From Octopus sinensis (Eukaryota): DNA of 50,863 nt. Positions 50,501-50,863 of this stretch are shown piece after piece (within the stretch, counting starts at the first letter, position 1; each line of letters opens with the position of its first letter). The stretch is from assembly GCF_006345805.1 (NCBI RefSeq), contig NW_021834161.1, positions 1-50,863 on the forward strand. The letters are read 5' to 3'. Under the pieces are notes generated by a model. That model was given only the letters and a program-made list of their open reading frames with translations. It was not told the DNA's origin and did no database searches. The position numbers and the translations under genes are program-made.

Positions 50501-50863
50501 TTTCTATCATGGCTAGTGCTTTGCTGTACCTAATCGCTTCTGCTTTTATGCTCTCTTGAGGGCAAAAACCACCATTTGTTGTTGATGATGGCTCCCGTCA
50601 AAGCCCTCTTTACTAGTGTGTAATCCGGTCTCTGAAAAATTGTCTCGATGGAAAGACGCGTTTAGTTTCCAGTTATCCGGGACCCTGCCTAAGTGTCTTA
50701 CCTAAGTCTAGCGTACATGTCACAAGTTTGTGATCCGTGTAGTGACTATGTGGAATTGTGGACATCCTATGCTATCTCTATCTACTGTCCTACACAGTAT
50801 CCTATCTCGATACGATCTCGACGACCCGATGCGGTTGCTCCATGTCCACGTTGGCGCATTCGG
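47599..50863 (-). mobile_element. Tx1/L1-clade LINE: frameshifted ORF2 (APE endonuclease end, RT, CCHC knuckle) plus 3' UTR; continues beyond the window
   Basis: TWSNRIGSSRSYLDRIL, YTDHKLV and WKLNASF (endonuclease end). RPITLLNADLKILAKVLAKRL, LDQSKAFDRVDH, SVRQGCPLS and YADD (RT). CPRCGQSDET..HALVQC (zinc knuckle). The 3' UTR has long T/C tracts and ends ...TGTGGGCTAATAAAGAAA. Confidence 0.93.

Overview
This is AT-rich eukaryotic (animal) genomic DNA, almost certainly a coleoid cephalopod and most likely Octopus. That call is an inference from the SINE families, the Tx1/RTE/Penelope content and the extreme load of (TA)n, (TG)n, (TATG)n, (GATA)n, (ATT)n and (CAT)n microsatellites. The window reads as intron or intergenic space. 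It holds about 25 tRNA-derived SINE copies in four families (called A-D here), relics of mariner and pogo/Tigger DNA transposons, and fragments of RTE, RTE-X, CR1, Penelope-like and possibly HERO retroelements. A young but frameshifted Tx1/L1-clade LINE runs off the right end (47599-50863, minus strand). No intact protein-coding gene, CRISPR array, rRNA or true tRNA is supported, and nearly all ORFs in the supplied track are microsatellite artefacts. A few candidate spliced exons are reported at low confidence. The most interesting signals are: (1) minimal hammerhead-ribozyme-like motifs with non-canonical cores in three Penelope-type terminal repeats; (2) a SINE subfamily whose 3' tail matches the 3' end of the Tx1 LINE in this window; (3) an RTE LINE ending in three tandem C2H2-type fingers, joined to a CR1 fragment through microhomology; (4) a 130-bp spacerless palindrome; (5) a CpG-rich coding-like island inside a 2-kb trinucleotide expanse. 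All family assignments come from motif recognition by eye, with no database search.
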